Shown one piece after another: positions 50,656-60,944 of a stretch of 64,000 nt of DNA. The notes under the pieces are model-generated. The model made no database searches. It was not told where the DNA came from and saw nothing but the letters and a program-made list of their open reading frames with translations. Origin of the DNA: Gemmatimonadota bacterium (GTDB taxonomy: Bacteria > Gemmatimonadota > Gemmatimonadetes > Longimicrobiales > RSA9). The stretch lies in the NCBI GenBank assembly GCA_040905425.1, contig JBBDRO010000106.1, positions 5,717-69,716 on the forward strand, given 5' to 3'. Both the position numbers and the translations under genes were made by a program. Every line of letters starts with the position of its first letter. Positions within the stretch are counted from its first letter, which is position 1.

Positions 50656-51669
50656 ATGCTTCGATTGCCCCGGTATCGCTACGTTCGTCCAAACACGCTC
50701 GATGAGGCGCTCGGTGCGCTCCATGGCGAGCGCGGGACGGCCATACCGATTGCCGGGGGAACCGACCTCGTACCGAACCTGAAGCACCGACTCTTCGAGC
50801 CCGAGCGCCTGGTCTCCCTGCGCGGGGTCAAGGAGCTCCGGGGGGTCGCTTCCGGCGACGGGTACCTGTGGGTGGGGGCCATGGAGCGGTTGGCCGATGT
50901 TGCCGCTCACCCGGAGGTCCGCCACCATGCCCCGGGTCTGGCCGAGGCCGCCGGTCAGGTGGCGGGTCCTCAGCTCCGCAACATGGGGACACTGGGTGGC
51001 AACATCTGTCTTGATACCCGCTGCACGTATTATAACCAGACGTTTTTCTGGCGCCAGGCGCTTGGCTTCTGCCTGAAGAAGGATGGTGACATCTGTCACG
51101 TCACCAGGGTGGGACGCAAGTGCGTGGCGGCCCATTCGGCCGACACGCCCGGCGCCTTGATGGTGCTGGAGGCGGAGATCGAGCTGGTGGGCCCGGCGGG
51201 GGAGCGGCGCGTTCCGGCCGCTGATTTCTTCGTGGCGGACGGGATCTGGAACACCGTCCGAGCGCCGGACGAACTGGTGACCGGAGTGCGGCTTCCATTG
51301 CGGCCCCTGCGCAGGAGCACCTATCGGAAGCTGCGCCAGCGCGCGAGTATCGACTTTCCCCTGCTCAGCGTGGCCGTGGCCGCGGACATCCAGGAGGACG
51401 CCACGGTGACGCGCATCGGGATCGTGGTGTCCGCGCTGGGCGCGCGGCCGCGGGTGTTGACGGGACTGGAAGACATTGCCGTGGGAAGGTGCTTTACGGA
51501 GGAGGTCGTGCAGGCGCTGGCGGAACGGGCGGAGGCGCAGTGCCGGCCGCTCACCAACATCACTGTGGATCCCACATGGCGGCGGGCCATGGTTCCCGTG
51601 CAGGTGCGCCGTGCACTGCAGGGGCTCAGTGACCCGGACGGATCCGGGAGCCCCGGACGGGGAGCGTGA
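50656..51669 (+). CDS. FAD-binding subunit with extra [4Fe-4S] insert (HcrB-like)
   Basis: AGGTDL, RNMGTLGGN, insert RCTYYNQTFFWRQALGFCLKKDGDICH...KC. Confidence 0.9.
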   Translation: MLRLPRYRYVRPNTLDEALGALHGERGTAIPIAGGTDLVPNLKHRLFEPERLVSLRGVKELRGVASGDGYLWVGAMERLADVAAHPEVRHHAPGLAEAAGQVAGPQLRNMGTLGGNICLDTRCTYYNQTFFWRQALGFCLKKDGDICHVTRVGRKCVAAHSADTPGALMVLEAEIELVGPAGERRVPAADFFVADGIWNTVRAPDELVTGVRLPLRPLRRSTYRKLRQRASIDFPLLSVAVAADIQEDATVTRIGIVVSALGARPRVLTGLEDIAVGRCFTEEVVQALAERAEAQCRPLTNITVDPTWRRAMVPVQVRRALQGLSDPDGSGSPGRGA

Positions 51670-52612
51670 TCAGCGCTACGCCCGCCACGATGACCGCTGC
51701 AGCGGCCAACGTCTGCGGCGTGAGCGGTTCGTTCGCAAAGCCCCAGCCCAGCAGTACGGCCACCAGGGGGTTCACGAAGGCGTAGGTGGAAACCCGGGCC
51801 GCGGTGGCATTCCGAAGAAGCCAAACATATGCGGAATACGCGACGATGGCCCCGAACACCACCAGATAGAGGAGCGCCAGCGCCGAGCGTGGCGAGATGC
51901 TGCCCCACGCCACGTTGGCTGGTTCGCCCAGCAACACGGACGCAACGGCAAGGAGCAGCGCGCCCACCAACATTTGCATGCCGGTGGTCAGGAGCGGACG
52001 ATCAGGCAGCCGGGCATGGCGGGCATAGATGGAGCCGGCCGCCCAGCTGACGGAGCCGATCATGAGAACGGCGGCGCCGACCGGGTTCACCGGACCCACA
52101 CCGCGCAGCGCGGAGGGGCCGACGAGAATCGCGAGACCGGCCAGCCCGAGCAGCAGACCGACCATGGTGCGGGCCGCTGGCCGTGTGCCGCCGGGCGCCA
52201 GCCAGTCGAAAAGCACCATCCACAGGGGTACCCCCGCCACCATGAGGGCGGCGATGCCGGAAGGCACCGTCTGCTCTGCCCAGACCACGGACCCGTTGCC
52301 GCCCAGCAGCAGGAGGCCACCGATGATGCCCGTGGCGCGCCACGCGGCGGGAGTCGGGCGCGGTGCGCCACGGAGGCGGGCCCAGGCGTACAGAATCAAG
52401 CCGGCGCAGGCGAACCGGACAGCGGCCATCAGAAAGGGAGGCAGCGTCTCGATGGCAATGCGGATGGCCAGATACGTGGAGCCCCAGATGAGATAGACGG
52501 CCGCGAAGGCCGCCAGCAGACGCCAGCGCGCGGGCGGAGTTTCGGGTGTCGTGCTGGCGATGTGACGCTCCGCGATCGAGTTCGCGGCGGGGTGTCCGCC
52601 GGTATTCGTCAA
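51626..52612 (-). CDS. EamA/DMT transporter (YedA-like)
   Basis: VYLIWGSTYLAI, YAFVNPLVAVLLG; about ten TM helices. Confidence 0.9.
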   Translation of the reverse strand: MTNTGGHPAANSIAERHIASTTPETPPARWRLLAAFAAVYLIWGSTYLAIRIAIETLPPFLMAAVRFACAGLILYAWARLRGAPRPTPAAWRATGIIGGLLLLGGNGSVVWAEQTVPSGIAALMVAGVPLWMVLFDWLAPGGTRPAARTMVGLLLGLAGLAILVGPSALRGVGPVNPVGAAVLMIGSVSWAAGSIYARHARLPDRPLLTTGMQMLVGALLLAVASVLLGEPANVAWGSISPRSALALLYLVVFGAIVAYSAYVWLLRNATAARVSTYAFVNPLVAVLLGWGFANEPLTPQTLAAAAVIVAGVALITLPVRGSRIRPGH

Positions 52613-52865
52613 TGATCGGCGCTCCAGGAAAGCACGGCAAGGCGATCGGCAGGACGGCTTCGGCGCCTTGGTACGCTGAAATCGTAACCCGACGCATTGG
52701 TAGAAGCCGCGAGGGTCCCGGCAAGGCAGGAAAGATCAGGCCTGGGTCGGGCGAGATCACCGCAGCGGCGGAAAGGACCGCAACCAATTGATAACGTCGT
52801 TCGTCTTGCTGTATTGCCGAAGGTCATGCGGCTTTCGCGGCAGGATAACTGACGGATATTCGCGG

Positions 52866-53348
52866 TCACTCCGGCAGAGGAATCGACCCCTCCTCCAGGC
52901 CCACGGGCAGAATGGCCGTGTCTTTGAACGTGTCGAGCACGATCGAGGTGCGCGCCTCCCGCACCCCGGGCAGGGAGGCGATCCGGTCACGCAGGAGCGT
53001 GGAGAGGGCCGCCAGGTCGACCACCCGTAGCTTGAGGAAGAGCGCATCTTCTCCAGCCACATGGTGGATTTCCAGGATCTCCGGAATCTGCGCCAGCGCC
53101 TGGGTGATTTCGTCGGGCGGCGCACCGGCCGGTCCGCGCAGCCAGAGAAAAACCTGCAACCCGAGGTCCAGTTCACCGCCGGAAAGCCGGGCGTGATAAC
53201 CTGCGATGACGCCGCGCTCCTCGAGTTTGCGAATGCGCTCGTAGACCGCTGACGGAGCCATGCCCACGCGGCGCGCGACTTCGGCATTGGAAGTTCGCGC
53301 GCTTTCCTGCAGGATGCTCAGAATCTGGCGATCAGTATAGTCAATCAT
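52866..53348 (-). CDS. Lrp/AsnC-family transcriptional regulator
   Basis: DRQILSILQESAR HTH, RIRKLEERGVIAGY, HHVAGED. Confidence 0.93.
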   Translation of the reverse strand: MIDYTDRQILSILQESARTSNAEVARRVGMAPSAVYERIRKLEERGVIAGYHARLSGGELDLGLQVFLWLRGPAGAPPDEITQALAQIPEILEIHHVAGEDALFLKLRVVDLAALSTLLRDRIASLPGVREARTSIVLDTFKDTAILPVGLEEGSIPLPE

Positions 53349-53462
53349 AGGCCTGTCCTTGAGGTTGAGCCGAAGATATGTCGCGCCGCAGGCCAGGGCA
53401 ATAGTATTACCCTGCGGCGGCCCCGGTACGGTCGGGGCGGTGGAACGAACCAGGGGGGAGTC

Positions 53463-54491
53463 ATGGACGTGCAATGGGAAGTGCTCGAGCTGCGGACGCG
53501 CCACCCCTTCAACATCGCGCGCGCAGCGGGGGCGGCGGTACGGCGCAACGTGTGGACACGGGTGCGCTACGGCGACCTGGAGGGCTGGGGCGAGGCCGCG
53601 GCCAACCATTACTACGGTGAGACGGACGGCACGGCCACCGCCGCGCTCCAACGCTACGCCACCGTCCTGGCCGACGTGGGAGAAGATCCGGCACGCATCG
53701 AAGCCATCGAGCGCGGCATGCTGGCGGCGTTGGGGCGCAATCCGGCGGCGCGGGCCTCCCTTTCGGCCGGGCTGCACGATCTCATGGGCAAGCGGTTGGG
53801 CGTGCCCGTATGGCAACTGTTCGGGCTCGATCCAGTAGCCGTGCCTTCGTCGTTCACCATCGGCCTGGATCGTACGGAAGTGATGCTCGAGAGACTCGAG
53901 GAAGCGCGCAGCTTCGCCACGCTGAAGATCAAGGTGGGTACGGAGCGGGACGCCGAAATCCTGACGGCGCTCCGCAAAGCCGCACCCGACGTGGGCATCA
54001 GGGTGGATGCGAACACCGGGTGGACCGCCAAGCAGGCCATGGCCCGCCTGCCACTACTCGAGGAGGTGGGTGTGGAACTCATCGAGCAGCCGTTTGCGGC
54101 CGGGGATCTGGGCGCCTTCCGGTTGCTACGGGACAAGACGTCTGTTCCTGTTGTGGCGGACGAGTCGTGCCTGGTGGCCGCGGACGTGCCCCGTCTGCAC
54201 GGCCTCGTGGACGGAGTGAACATCAAACTGGCCAAGTGTGGCTCTCTGCGCGAGGCGCTGCGCATTGTCCACGTGGCGCGGGCACACGGCATGGGGGTGA
54301 TGCTCGGGTGCATGATGGAAAGCACCCTCGGCATTGCCGCGGCCGTGCAGCTGGCGCCGCTGGCCGACTGGGTGGACCTCGATGGAGCCGCGCTGCTGGC
54401 CGACGATCCCTTCGTGGGACCGGGGATCGAGGCGGATGGCACCATCCGCTTCAACCGCACACCTGGGCTGGGGGTCGACCGGGCGAGCTAA
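53463..54491 (+). CDS. Dipeptide epimerase (L-Ala-D/L-Glu epimerase, enolase superfamily)
   Basis: KIKVG, RVDAN, IEQP, ADES, NIKLAKCG, DLDG. Confidence 0.9.
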   Translation: MDVQWEVLELRTRHPFNIARAAGAAVRRNVWTRVRYGDLEGWGEAAANHYYGETDGTATAALQRYATVLADVGEDPARIEAIERGMLAALGRNPAARASLSAGLHDLMGKRLGVPVWQLFGLDPVAVPSSFTIGLDRTEVMLERLEEARSFATLKIKVGTERDAEILTALRKAAPDVGIRVDANTGWTAKQAMARLPLLEEVGVELIEQPFAAGDLGAFRLLRDKTSVPVVADESCLVAADVPRLHGLVDGVNIKLAKCGSLREALRIVHVARAHGMGVMLGCMMESTLGIAAAVQLAPLADWVDLDGAALLADDPFVGPGIEADGTIRFNRTPGLGVDRAS

Positions 54492-54578
54492 TGGCGTATG
54501 TTGGATGGATCAACGTCTAAACGGTTTAAACGCAGCATAATGTTCGGCAAACACCTAAGCTGTAACGAGAAGCGACGG

Positions 54579-55664
54579 CTATCCTGATTGTTCGATTTCC
54601 GCCAGGATCGACGCGAGCGCCTCCGGATCTGCCTCAATGGTCCGCTGCGGGACGCCGGACTGCGCCGCGGTGGCCGGGTCCTTCAAGCCGTGCCCGGTGA
54701 GCACGCATACACAGCGGCTGCCGCGCCCCACGCGGCCCTGCCTGACGGCGTTGCGCAGGCCCGCCACCCCGGCCGCCGACGCGGGCTCGCAGAAGACACC
54801 TTCCAGCGTGGCCACGGCTCGATAGGCGTCCAGGATCTCATCGTCGGTGGCGGCCAGGATGACCCCGCCCGATTCCTGCGCGGCCGCCAGCGCGGGGGCC
54901 CAGGTGGCCGGGTGGCCGATGCGGATGGCCGTGGCGACCGTCTCGGGTTCGGCCACCGGAGCACCGTGCACGAGGGGCGCCGCCCCCGCGGCCTGCGCGC
55001 CCAGCATGCGGGGGAGGCGGTCGATGCGGCCGATCTCGCGATAGCGCCGAAAGCCCATCCACCACGCGGTGATGTTACCGCCGTTGCCCACAGGTAGTGC
55101 GAGTACGTCGGGCGCAGCACCGAGGGCGTCACAAACTTCGTAGGCGCCGGTGGTCTGGCCTTCGATGCGGTCCGGATTCACGGAATTGACGAGCACGAAG
55201 GTGCCTGTGCGTTCCGCCTCCCGCGCCATGGTGAGCGCCGCGTCGAAATTTCCGCGCACGGTGAGTACGTGCGCGCCGGCCGCTACGGACTGGCCCAGTT
55301 TGCCGGCAGCTACCTTGCCTTCGGGGAGCAGGACGATGGCGCTGAGACCAGCATGGGCGGCGTAGGCGGCCGCGCTCGCGGCGGTGTTGCCCGTGGAGGC
55401 GCACAGGATGCTGCGTGCGCCGTCCTCCAGCGCGCGGGCCACGGCCACCACCATGCCCCGGTCCTTGAATGAGCCGGTGGGGTTCATCCCCTCGTACTTC
55501 AGATGGAGTTCGGCCACGCCCACCCAGGCGGCGAGGCGGCGGGCGGGCAGGAGAGGCGTGCCGCCTTCCCCCAGGGAGAGGGCGGGCGTGCCCGCCGAGA
55601 CCGGCAGGAACTCCCGGTACCGGGAGATGACGCCCGGAACCACATTCGCGCCGGATGTAGTCAT
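54579..55664 (-). CDS. thrC: Threonine synthase
   Basis: NPTGSFKDRG PLP motif, CASTGNT, PVGNGGN, TGHGLKDP. Confidence 0.93.
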   Translation of the reverse strand: MTTSGANVVPGVISRYREFLPVSAGTPALSLGEGGTPLLPARRLAAWVGVAELHLKYEGMNPTGSFKDRGMVVAVARALEDGARSILCASTGNTAASAAAYAAHAGLSAIVLLPEGKVAAGKLGQSVAAGAHVLTVRGNFDAALTMAREAERTGTFVLVNSVNPDRIEGQTTGAYEVCDALGAAPDVLALPVGNGGNITAWWMGFRRYREIGRIDRLPRMLGAQAAGAAPLVHGAPVAEPETVATAIRIGHPATWAPALAAAQESGGVILAATDDEILDAYRAVATLEGVFCEPASAAGVAGLRNAVRQGRVGRGSRCVCVLTGHGLKDPATAAQSGVPQRTIEADPEALASILAEIEQSG

Positions 55665-56650
55665 TGTGCCACGGCGGGCGAGGGTACGGCGTCCACGAGC
55701 CTCACACCCGCGTGATCCGCGTCGAGCACGAACCCGATCGCACCCGGGCCGGCCGCTCGAAAGGCGTCCTCCATGGCGGCGGCCACGGGCGCGGCCCGCT
55801 CCGCCGCCGTGACGGCAAAGAGGCCCGATCCGCTCCCGGAAATGGTCACCGCCCACGCCCCGGCGTCCATGGCGGCCGCTATGGCAGCCCGGCCACCCGG
55901 AATGAGCGGCAGCCGATAGGGCACGTGGAGGTCATCCTGGAATCCCGCGCGCAGCAGCTGCGCGTCCGCCGTGGCCAGGCCGTGTACCAGCGCGGCGGCC
56001 CGCCCGAGGGCCGCCACGGCCCGACCATGGGGGACGGCCTCCGGCAGCGCCTGGCGGGCGCTGACGGTGGACACACCACTGCCCGGCGCGGCGAAGGCAA
56101 AGGCCAACTCAGGCGCAAGCGGCAGGGAAAAGGGCAGCGGTCGGCCGGCGGCGTCCCGGGTGATGGCCACCAGCCCGCCGAGGAGTGCGGGCGCCGCGTT
56201 ATCGGGATGCCCCTCCAGTTCCACCGCGCGTTCCAGTGCCACCCGGCGGTCCAGCGGCTGGTCCAGGAACGCGGCTGCCAGCGTGAGGCCCGCCGCCACC
56301 GCGGCGGCCGAGGAGCCGAGACCGCGCTCCACGGGGATCGCGGAGTCCAGCTGCAGCCGCCCGCCGGGTGGTGGAGCCCCCGCCTCGGCCAGCCCAGCTG
56401 CAAGCGCGCGGGCGGCCAGGTCGCTGCGCGGATCTCCGCCGCGGCCCGTCAAGGTCCCGGCGTAGTGGACGCTCAGCGGCTCATCACCCGGCGTCCAGGT
56501 TACCGTGAGGTAGCGGCTGACGGCCAGGCCCAGCGCATCGAAGCCCGAGCCCAGGTTGGAGGTGCTGGCAGGGACGCGGGCGGTGAAGTGGTCGGGGCGT
56601 GCGGCCTGGCGACCGGTAGAGCGCTCGCGGCCCTCGCGCGCCTGGCTCAC
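55661..56650 (-). CDS. thrB: Homoserine kinase
   Basis: VPASTSNLGSGFD, RGLGSSAA, EGHPDN, ISGSG. Confidence 0.93.
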   Translation of the reverse strand: MSQAREGRERSTGRQAARPDHFTARVPASTSNLGSGFDALGLAVSRYLTVTWTPGDEPLSVHYAGTLTGRGGDPRSDLAARALAAGLAEAGAPPPGGRLQLDSAIPVERGLGSSAAAVAAGLTLAAAFLDQPLDRRVALERAVELEGHPDNAAPALLGGLVAITRDAAGRPLPFSLPLAPELAFAFAAPGSGVSTVSARQALPEAVPHGRAVAALGRAAALVHGLATADAQLLRAGFQDDLHVPYRLPLIPGGRAAIAAAMDAGAWAVTISGSGSGLFAVTAAERAAPVAAAMEDAFRAAGPGAIGFVLDADHAGVRLVDAVPSPAVAQ

Positions 56651-57099
56651 AGGAACGCGAGCACCTGCTCGGCATGCTTCCCGGCGCGGACGCCGGGCAG
56701 GATGCGGGCAATGCGGCCCTCTTCGTCGATCAGGAAGGTGGTGCGCTGGTTCCCCCAGTACTTGCGGCCGAACATGCTCTTATTCTGCCATACGCCGTAG
56801 GCTTCGGCCACGGCGTGGTCGGTGTCGGCGAGCAGGGGGAAATTCAGGTCGTACTTGGCGCGGAAACGCTGGTGGGACGCCTCGTCATCGGGGCTGACAC
56901 CCAGCACGACCGTACCCCGGGCGTCGAACTCGGTGCTGCGGTCCCGGATGTCACACGCCTGCGTGGTGCACCCCGGCGTGTCATCCTTGGGATAAAAGTA
57001 GAGTACCACTTTCCGGCCACGGAAATCCGTCAGGCTAACGGGGTTGCCGTCCTGGTCGGGCAGGGTGAAATCGGGTGCGAGCTCCCGTTCCTGGGGCAT
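56647..57099 (-). CDS. bcp: Thioredoxin-dependent peroxiredoxin Bcp
   Basis: FYPKDDTPGCTTQAC. Confidence 0.95.
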   Translation of the reverse strand: MPQERELAPDFTLPDQDGNPVSLTDFRGRKVVLYFYPKDDTPGCTTQACDIRDRSTEFDARGTVVLGVSPDDEASHQRFRAKYDLNFPLLADTDHAVAEAYGVWQNKSMFGRKYWGNQRTTFLIDEEGRIARILPGVRAGKHAEQVLAFL

Positions 57100-57102
57100 G
57101 GC

Positions 57103-57654
57103 TCAGTCCCCGTCCACGCCGCCGCCGGTAGTGGCGGACTCCACCGCTCCCGCGGCGGCGGCGCGCTGCGCGGCGGCCACGCGGGCGTCCTCCATCCACA
57201 GCGAAATGCCGAGGAGCACCGCACCGGACGTGATGGCCATGTCCGCCACGTTGAAGATGGGCCAGGTCATGAAGCCCAGGTCGTAGGGACCAAGGAAATC
57301 CACCACGCCCCGGTCCCAGCGTAGCCGGTCGATCAGGTTGCCCACGGCGCCGGCGGAAACCGCGGCGATGGCCAGCAGGCGGAGCGCGTCCCGCTCCTCC
57401 GCCCGGAGCAACAGCTTCAGCAGCACGGCCAGGACAAAGAAGGAAGCGGCCACGATGATCCAGCGACCCGCCGAGGGCAGGCCTATGCCGAAGGCAATGC
57501 CCTTGTTGAACGCCAGCGTGAGCGGCACCAGACCGCCGAACGCCTCACGCGAGTAGCCGGGGAGGAGGTTTGCCAGCGCCCAGTGCTTCGTGACGATGTC
57601 CGCCACCAGGATGCTGCCGAACACTGCGCCTACGAGGGACAGCTTGCGCTTCAC
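57103..57654 (-). CDS. lspA: Lipoprotein signal peptidase II
   Basis: NKGIAFG, GNLIDR, VVDF, FNVAD. Confidence 0.93.
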   Translation of the reverse strand: MKRKLSLVGAVFGSILVADIVTKHWALANLLPGYSREAFGGLVPLTLAFNKGIAFGIGLPSAGRWIIVAASFFVLAVLLKLLLRAEERDALRLLAIAAVSAGAVGNLIDRLRWDRGVVDFLGPYDLGFMTWPIFNVADMAITSGAVLLGISLWMEDARVAAAQRAAAAGAVESATTGGGVDGD

Positions 57655-57809
57655 GTGTGCTCCATACCGTGCACAAAGGGCGTATGATGACCGGGCCGCG
57701 ACTGGCGCGGACGCGTGGCACGTGCCGAATATAGCTACGCGTGACCCGATTGTTCCAGCGCCCACCGCGCGGGAGCCGAACGTGAAATGCCTTTTACCCC
57801 GGAACCGCC

Positions 57810-58871
57810 GTGAGTGCCATACCGACCCCGCGAGGACACGAACTCCCCGTTCCCGACTTCTACGATCCCGCGCACGCCGAGCAGTGGGAGTATGCACCCG
57901 GCCAGGAGAGCCTCTTCGAACGGGCGCTGGCCTGGCGTGCCGCCCACGGGCTGCGGCCCGCGGCGGAAGATGATCGCAAAGTCCACATGGTGCTGGTGGA
58001 CACGCAGAAGGACTTCGGCCTGCGCCGGGGCGCGCTCTACGTGGGCGGCCGGAGCGGACGTGGCGCCCTCGAGGACAACGATCGCACGGCACGCTTCATC
58101 TACCGCAACCTGGCCGCCCTCACGGACATCACCTGCACACTGGACACCCACTTTCCCCATCAGGTCTTCTTCTCCTCCTTCTGGCTGGAGGGGGAGCGCC
58201 CCCCCACACCGCATCAGGAGGTCACGCTTGCGGATCTGCGCGGTGGTCGCCTGCGCCCCAACCCCGCCGTGGCGCCCGGCCTGGGCATCGACGCGGCGGA
58301 GCTCGAGCGCCGCGTGGAGCGCTACCTCGAGGGGCTGGAGGAGCGAGGTCGGTACGCGCTCTACCTGTGGCCGCCCCACTGCCTGCTCGGCAGTGACGGC
58401 CACGCGCTGGTAGGGGTGCTGCACGAGGCCAGGCTCTTTCACGCGTACGCACGCGTGGCACCATCATGGATGGAGGTGAAGGGCACGCAACCGCTCTCCG
58501 AGAACTACTCCGCGGTGGCGCCCGAGGTGGAGATTCCCCAGGGGCGGCAGCCGCTGCCCGGCCTGCGACCCGCCCTCGCGGCGCGGCTGGCGGAAGCCGA
58601 TGCCATCGTGGTGGCGGGCCAGGCCGCCAGCCATTGCGTGAAAGCCACCCTGGAAGACCTGCTGGGCGTCCTGCCAGAGCGGCTGATCAAGCGGGTCTAC
58701 GTGCTGCGGGATTGCATGTCCTCCGTGGCGGTGCCGGACGCCACCAGGCCGGGAGAATTCCTGTTCGATTTCACGCCCCAGGCGGAGGCGGCGCTCGAGC
58801 GCTTCCGCGCTGCGGGCATGAAGATCGTGGACTCCACGCTCCCCGTGACGGCGTGGCCGGAGCAGGGTTAG
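57810..58871 (+). CDS. Nicotinamidase/isochorismatase-like cysteine hydrolase
   Basis: [28 protein letters not shown]. Confidence 0.82.
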   Translation: MSAIPTPRGHELPVPDFYDPAHAEQWEYAPGQESLFERALAWRAAHGLRPAAEDDRKVHMVLVDTQKDFGLRRGALYVGGRSGRGALEDNDRTARFIYRNLAALTDITCTLDTHFPHQVFFSSFWLEGERPPTPHQEVTLADLRGGRLRPNPAVAPGLGIDAAELERRVERYLEGLEERGRYALYLWPPHCLLGSDGHALVGVLHEARLFHAYARVAPSWMEVKGTQPLSENYSAVAPEVEIPQGRQPLPGLRPALAARLAEADAIVVAGQAASHCVKATLEDLLGVLPERLIKRVYVLRDCMSSVAVPDATRPGEFLFDFTPQAEAALERFRAAGMKIVDSTLPVTAWPEQG

Positions 58872-58879
58872 TTTCCAGC

Positions 58880-60112
58880 ATGGCATACCAGCGACGCAGG
58901 ACGGTTACGGCGGACGTGGGCGGTGTTCTGGTGGGCAGCGCCCACCCGATCGTGGTCCAGTCCATGACCAACACGGACACGGCGGACGCAGCGGGCACCG
59001 CCGAGCAGGCCGCCGCGCTCGCTGCGGCGGGCAGCCAGCTCGTGCGGGTCACCGTGAACACGGATGACGCCGCCGCGGCCGTCCCCGAGATCGTGGCCCT
59101 GCTGCACAAATGGGGCACGCCCGTGCCGATCGTGGGTGACTTCCACTACAACGGTCACCTGCTGCTGGCCCGCCACGAGGCCTGCGCCCGCGCGCTGGCC
59201 AAGTACCGGATCAATCCGGGCAACGTGGGCGCCAAGCGCCGCGACGAGAATTTCCGCACCATCGTGGAACTGGCCGTGGAGCATGGCAAGCCGGTCCGCA
59301 TCGGGGTGAACTGGGGCTCGCTGGATCAGCAGTTGCTCACCGAACTGATGGATCTGAACGCCGCGAGCGAGCAGCCGCGCGAGGCCCGGGAGGTCATGCT
59401 CGAGGCCATGGTGCAGAGCGCGCTCCGCTCCGCCGCGCTGGCGGAGGAGGTGGGGCTCGGCCACGACCGTATCCTGCTCTCGGCCAAGGTGTCCGGCGTG
59501 CAGGACCTCATCCAGGTGTACCGCTCCCTGGCGGCCCGCTGTGACTATCCGCTGCACCTGGGCCTCACGGAAGCCGGCCTCGGCACCAAGGGGATCGTGG
59601 CCAGCACCGCGGCGCTGGCCGTCCTCCTCCAGGAGGGCATCGGAGACACCATCCGCATCTCCCTCACCCCCCGGCCGGGCGGCGATCGGACCGAGGAGGT
59701 GCGCGTGGCGCAGCAGATCCTGCAGTCCATGGAACTGCGCAGCTTCACGCCGCAGGTCACCTCGTGCCCGGGCTGCGGCCGCACCACCAGCACCTACTTC
59801 CAGTCACTCGCCCAGGACGTGGAGCACTACATCCGCGACCGCATGCCCGCCTGGCGCAGCAGCTATCCCGGGGTCGAGGAGCTCAAGGTGGCCGTGATGG
59901 GCTGCGTGGTGAACGGCCCGGGGGAGTCCAAACACGCGGACATCGGCATCTCGCTGCCGGGCACCTTCGAGGAGCCGAAGGCGCCGGTGTACGTGGACGG
60001 GCGGCTGTTTACCACGCTGAAGGGTCAGGAAATCACCGCTGAATTCCAGGACATCCTGGAAGACTACGTGGCCCGCCGCTGGGGCAACGTGCCGGCTGGC
60101 GTGGCGGAATGA
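58880..60112 (+). CDS. ispG: (E)-4-hydroxy-3-methylbut-2-enyl-diphosphate synthase
   Basis: [39 protein letters not shown]. Confidence 0.96.
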   Translation: MAYQRRRTVTADVGGVLVGSAHPIVVQSMTNTDTADAAGTAEQAAALAAAGSQLVRVTVNTDDAAAAVPEIVALLHKWGTPVPIVGDFHYNGHLLLARHEACARALAKYRINPGNVGAKRRDENFRTIVELAVEHGKPVRIGVNWGSLDQQLLTELMDLNAASEQPREAREVMLEAMVQSALRSAALAEEVGLGHDRILLSAKVSGVQDLIQVYRSLAARCDYPLHLGLTEAGLGTKGIVASTAALAVLLQEGIGDTIRISLTPRPGGDRTEEVRVAQQILQSMELRSFTPQVTSCPGCGRTTSTYFQSLAQDVEHYIRDRMPAWRSSYPGVEELKVAVMGCVVNGPGESKHADIGISLPGTFEEPKAPVYVDGRLFTTLKGQEITAEFQDILEDYVARRWGNVPAGVAE

Positions 60113-60133
60113 GCGCGGCATCCCACAAAATCC

Positions 60134-60163
60134 TTGCTCCCCGCGCCGGCCCACCGTTAAACT
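60134..60163 (+). promoter_or_regulatory. Putative sigma70 promoter
   Basis: TTGCTC-N18-TAAACT upstream of the barrel/lipoprotein pair. Confidence 0.4.
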
Positions 60164-60246
60164 TGGCATGCGCGTCCGGCCTACAGGACGCCCTGCCCCT
60201 GCGCGATCATGCACCGACTGCCGTCATCTTTGCCCGTGAGGAAGCC

Positions 60247-60912
60247 ATGCGCAGACTGGCCACAGGCCTGTCGATCCTAGTCGTACTCGCCACCGCCACC
60301 GCCGCCGCGGCCCCCGCGGCCGCCCAGGTCCACGCCGGCCTCACCGGGGGGACGAACGGCATCGGCGTCCAGGTGGCCACGGCCATCACCAACCGGCTGA
60401 ACGCGCGGGTCGGCGGCCACTACTTCGACCTCCAGCACGAGCGCGAGTCGGACATCGACAACATCCTGGTGGACGTGATGGCCGGCGGGAACACCTTCTT
60501 CGTGTCGGGGTTGCTCGATCTCTACCCGTTCGGGTCGGCGGGGACGCACCTGACCGCCGGGGTCTACTACAACGGGCTCGAGGGGCGCGGCTCCATCACC
60601 CCCGCGCAGAACATCACCGTCCAGGGCCAGAGCTACACGCCGGAGCAAGTGGGCACGGTGGAGATCGATCTCAGCTTCGATTCCAAGCTGGCGCCGTACG
60701 TGGGCATCGGCTATGGCGACGGCCTGCAGGGAGGTCGCTTTGCCTTCAACTTCGACCTCGGCGCGCTGCGCGTGGGCGCGCCGTCGGTCGAGATGCGCGG
60801 TACGGGTATGGTGGCTCCCACCGCCGGGCAGGCCGCGCTCATCGAGAGCAACCTGGACTGGTTCGAGTGGTATCCCGTCTTCTCGTTCGGCTTCACTTCA
60901 CGAATTTTCTGA
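60247..60912 (+). CDS. Outer-membrane beta-barrel protein
   Basis: Signal peptide, GTNGIG, LDLYPF, APYVGIGY, C-terminal Phe. Confidence 0.78.
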   Translation: MRRLATGLSILVVLATATAAAAPAAAQVHAGLTGGTNGIGVQVATAITNRLNARVGGHYFDLQHERESDIDNILVDVMAGGNTFFVSGLLDLYPFGSAGTHLTAGVYYNGLEGRGSITPAQNITVQGQSYTPEQVGTVEIDLSFDSKLAPYVGIGYGDGLQGGRFAFNFDLGALRVGAPSVEMRGTGMVAPTAGQAALIESNLDWFEWYPVFSFGFTSRIF

Positions 60913-60944
60913 TGCACACCAGCGCATCAGCGGAAGGGACCAAC

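Noticed and set aside
51626..51669. 44-bp convergent overlap of the FAD-subunit and EamA genes
   Set aside because: Involves only low-complexity C-terminal tails; common in GC-rich genomes
54481..54560. Canonical dif site or integron attC
   Set aside because: Arm-like words are not in the 11-6-11 XerC/XerD arrangement, RYYYAAC/GTTRRRY ends are absent, and no integrase is nearby
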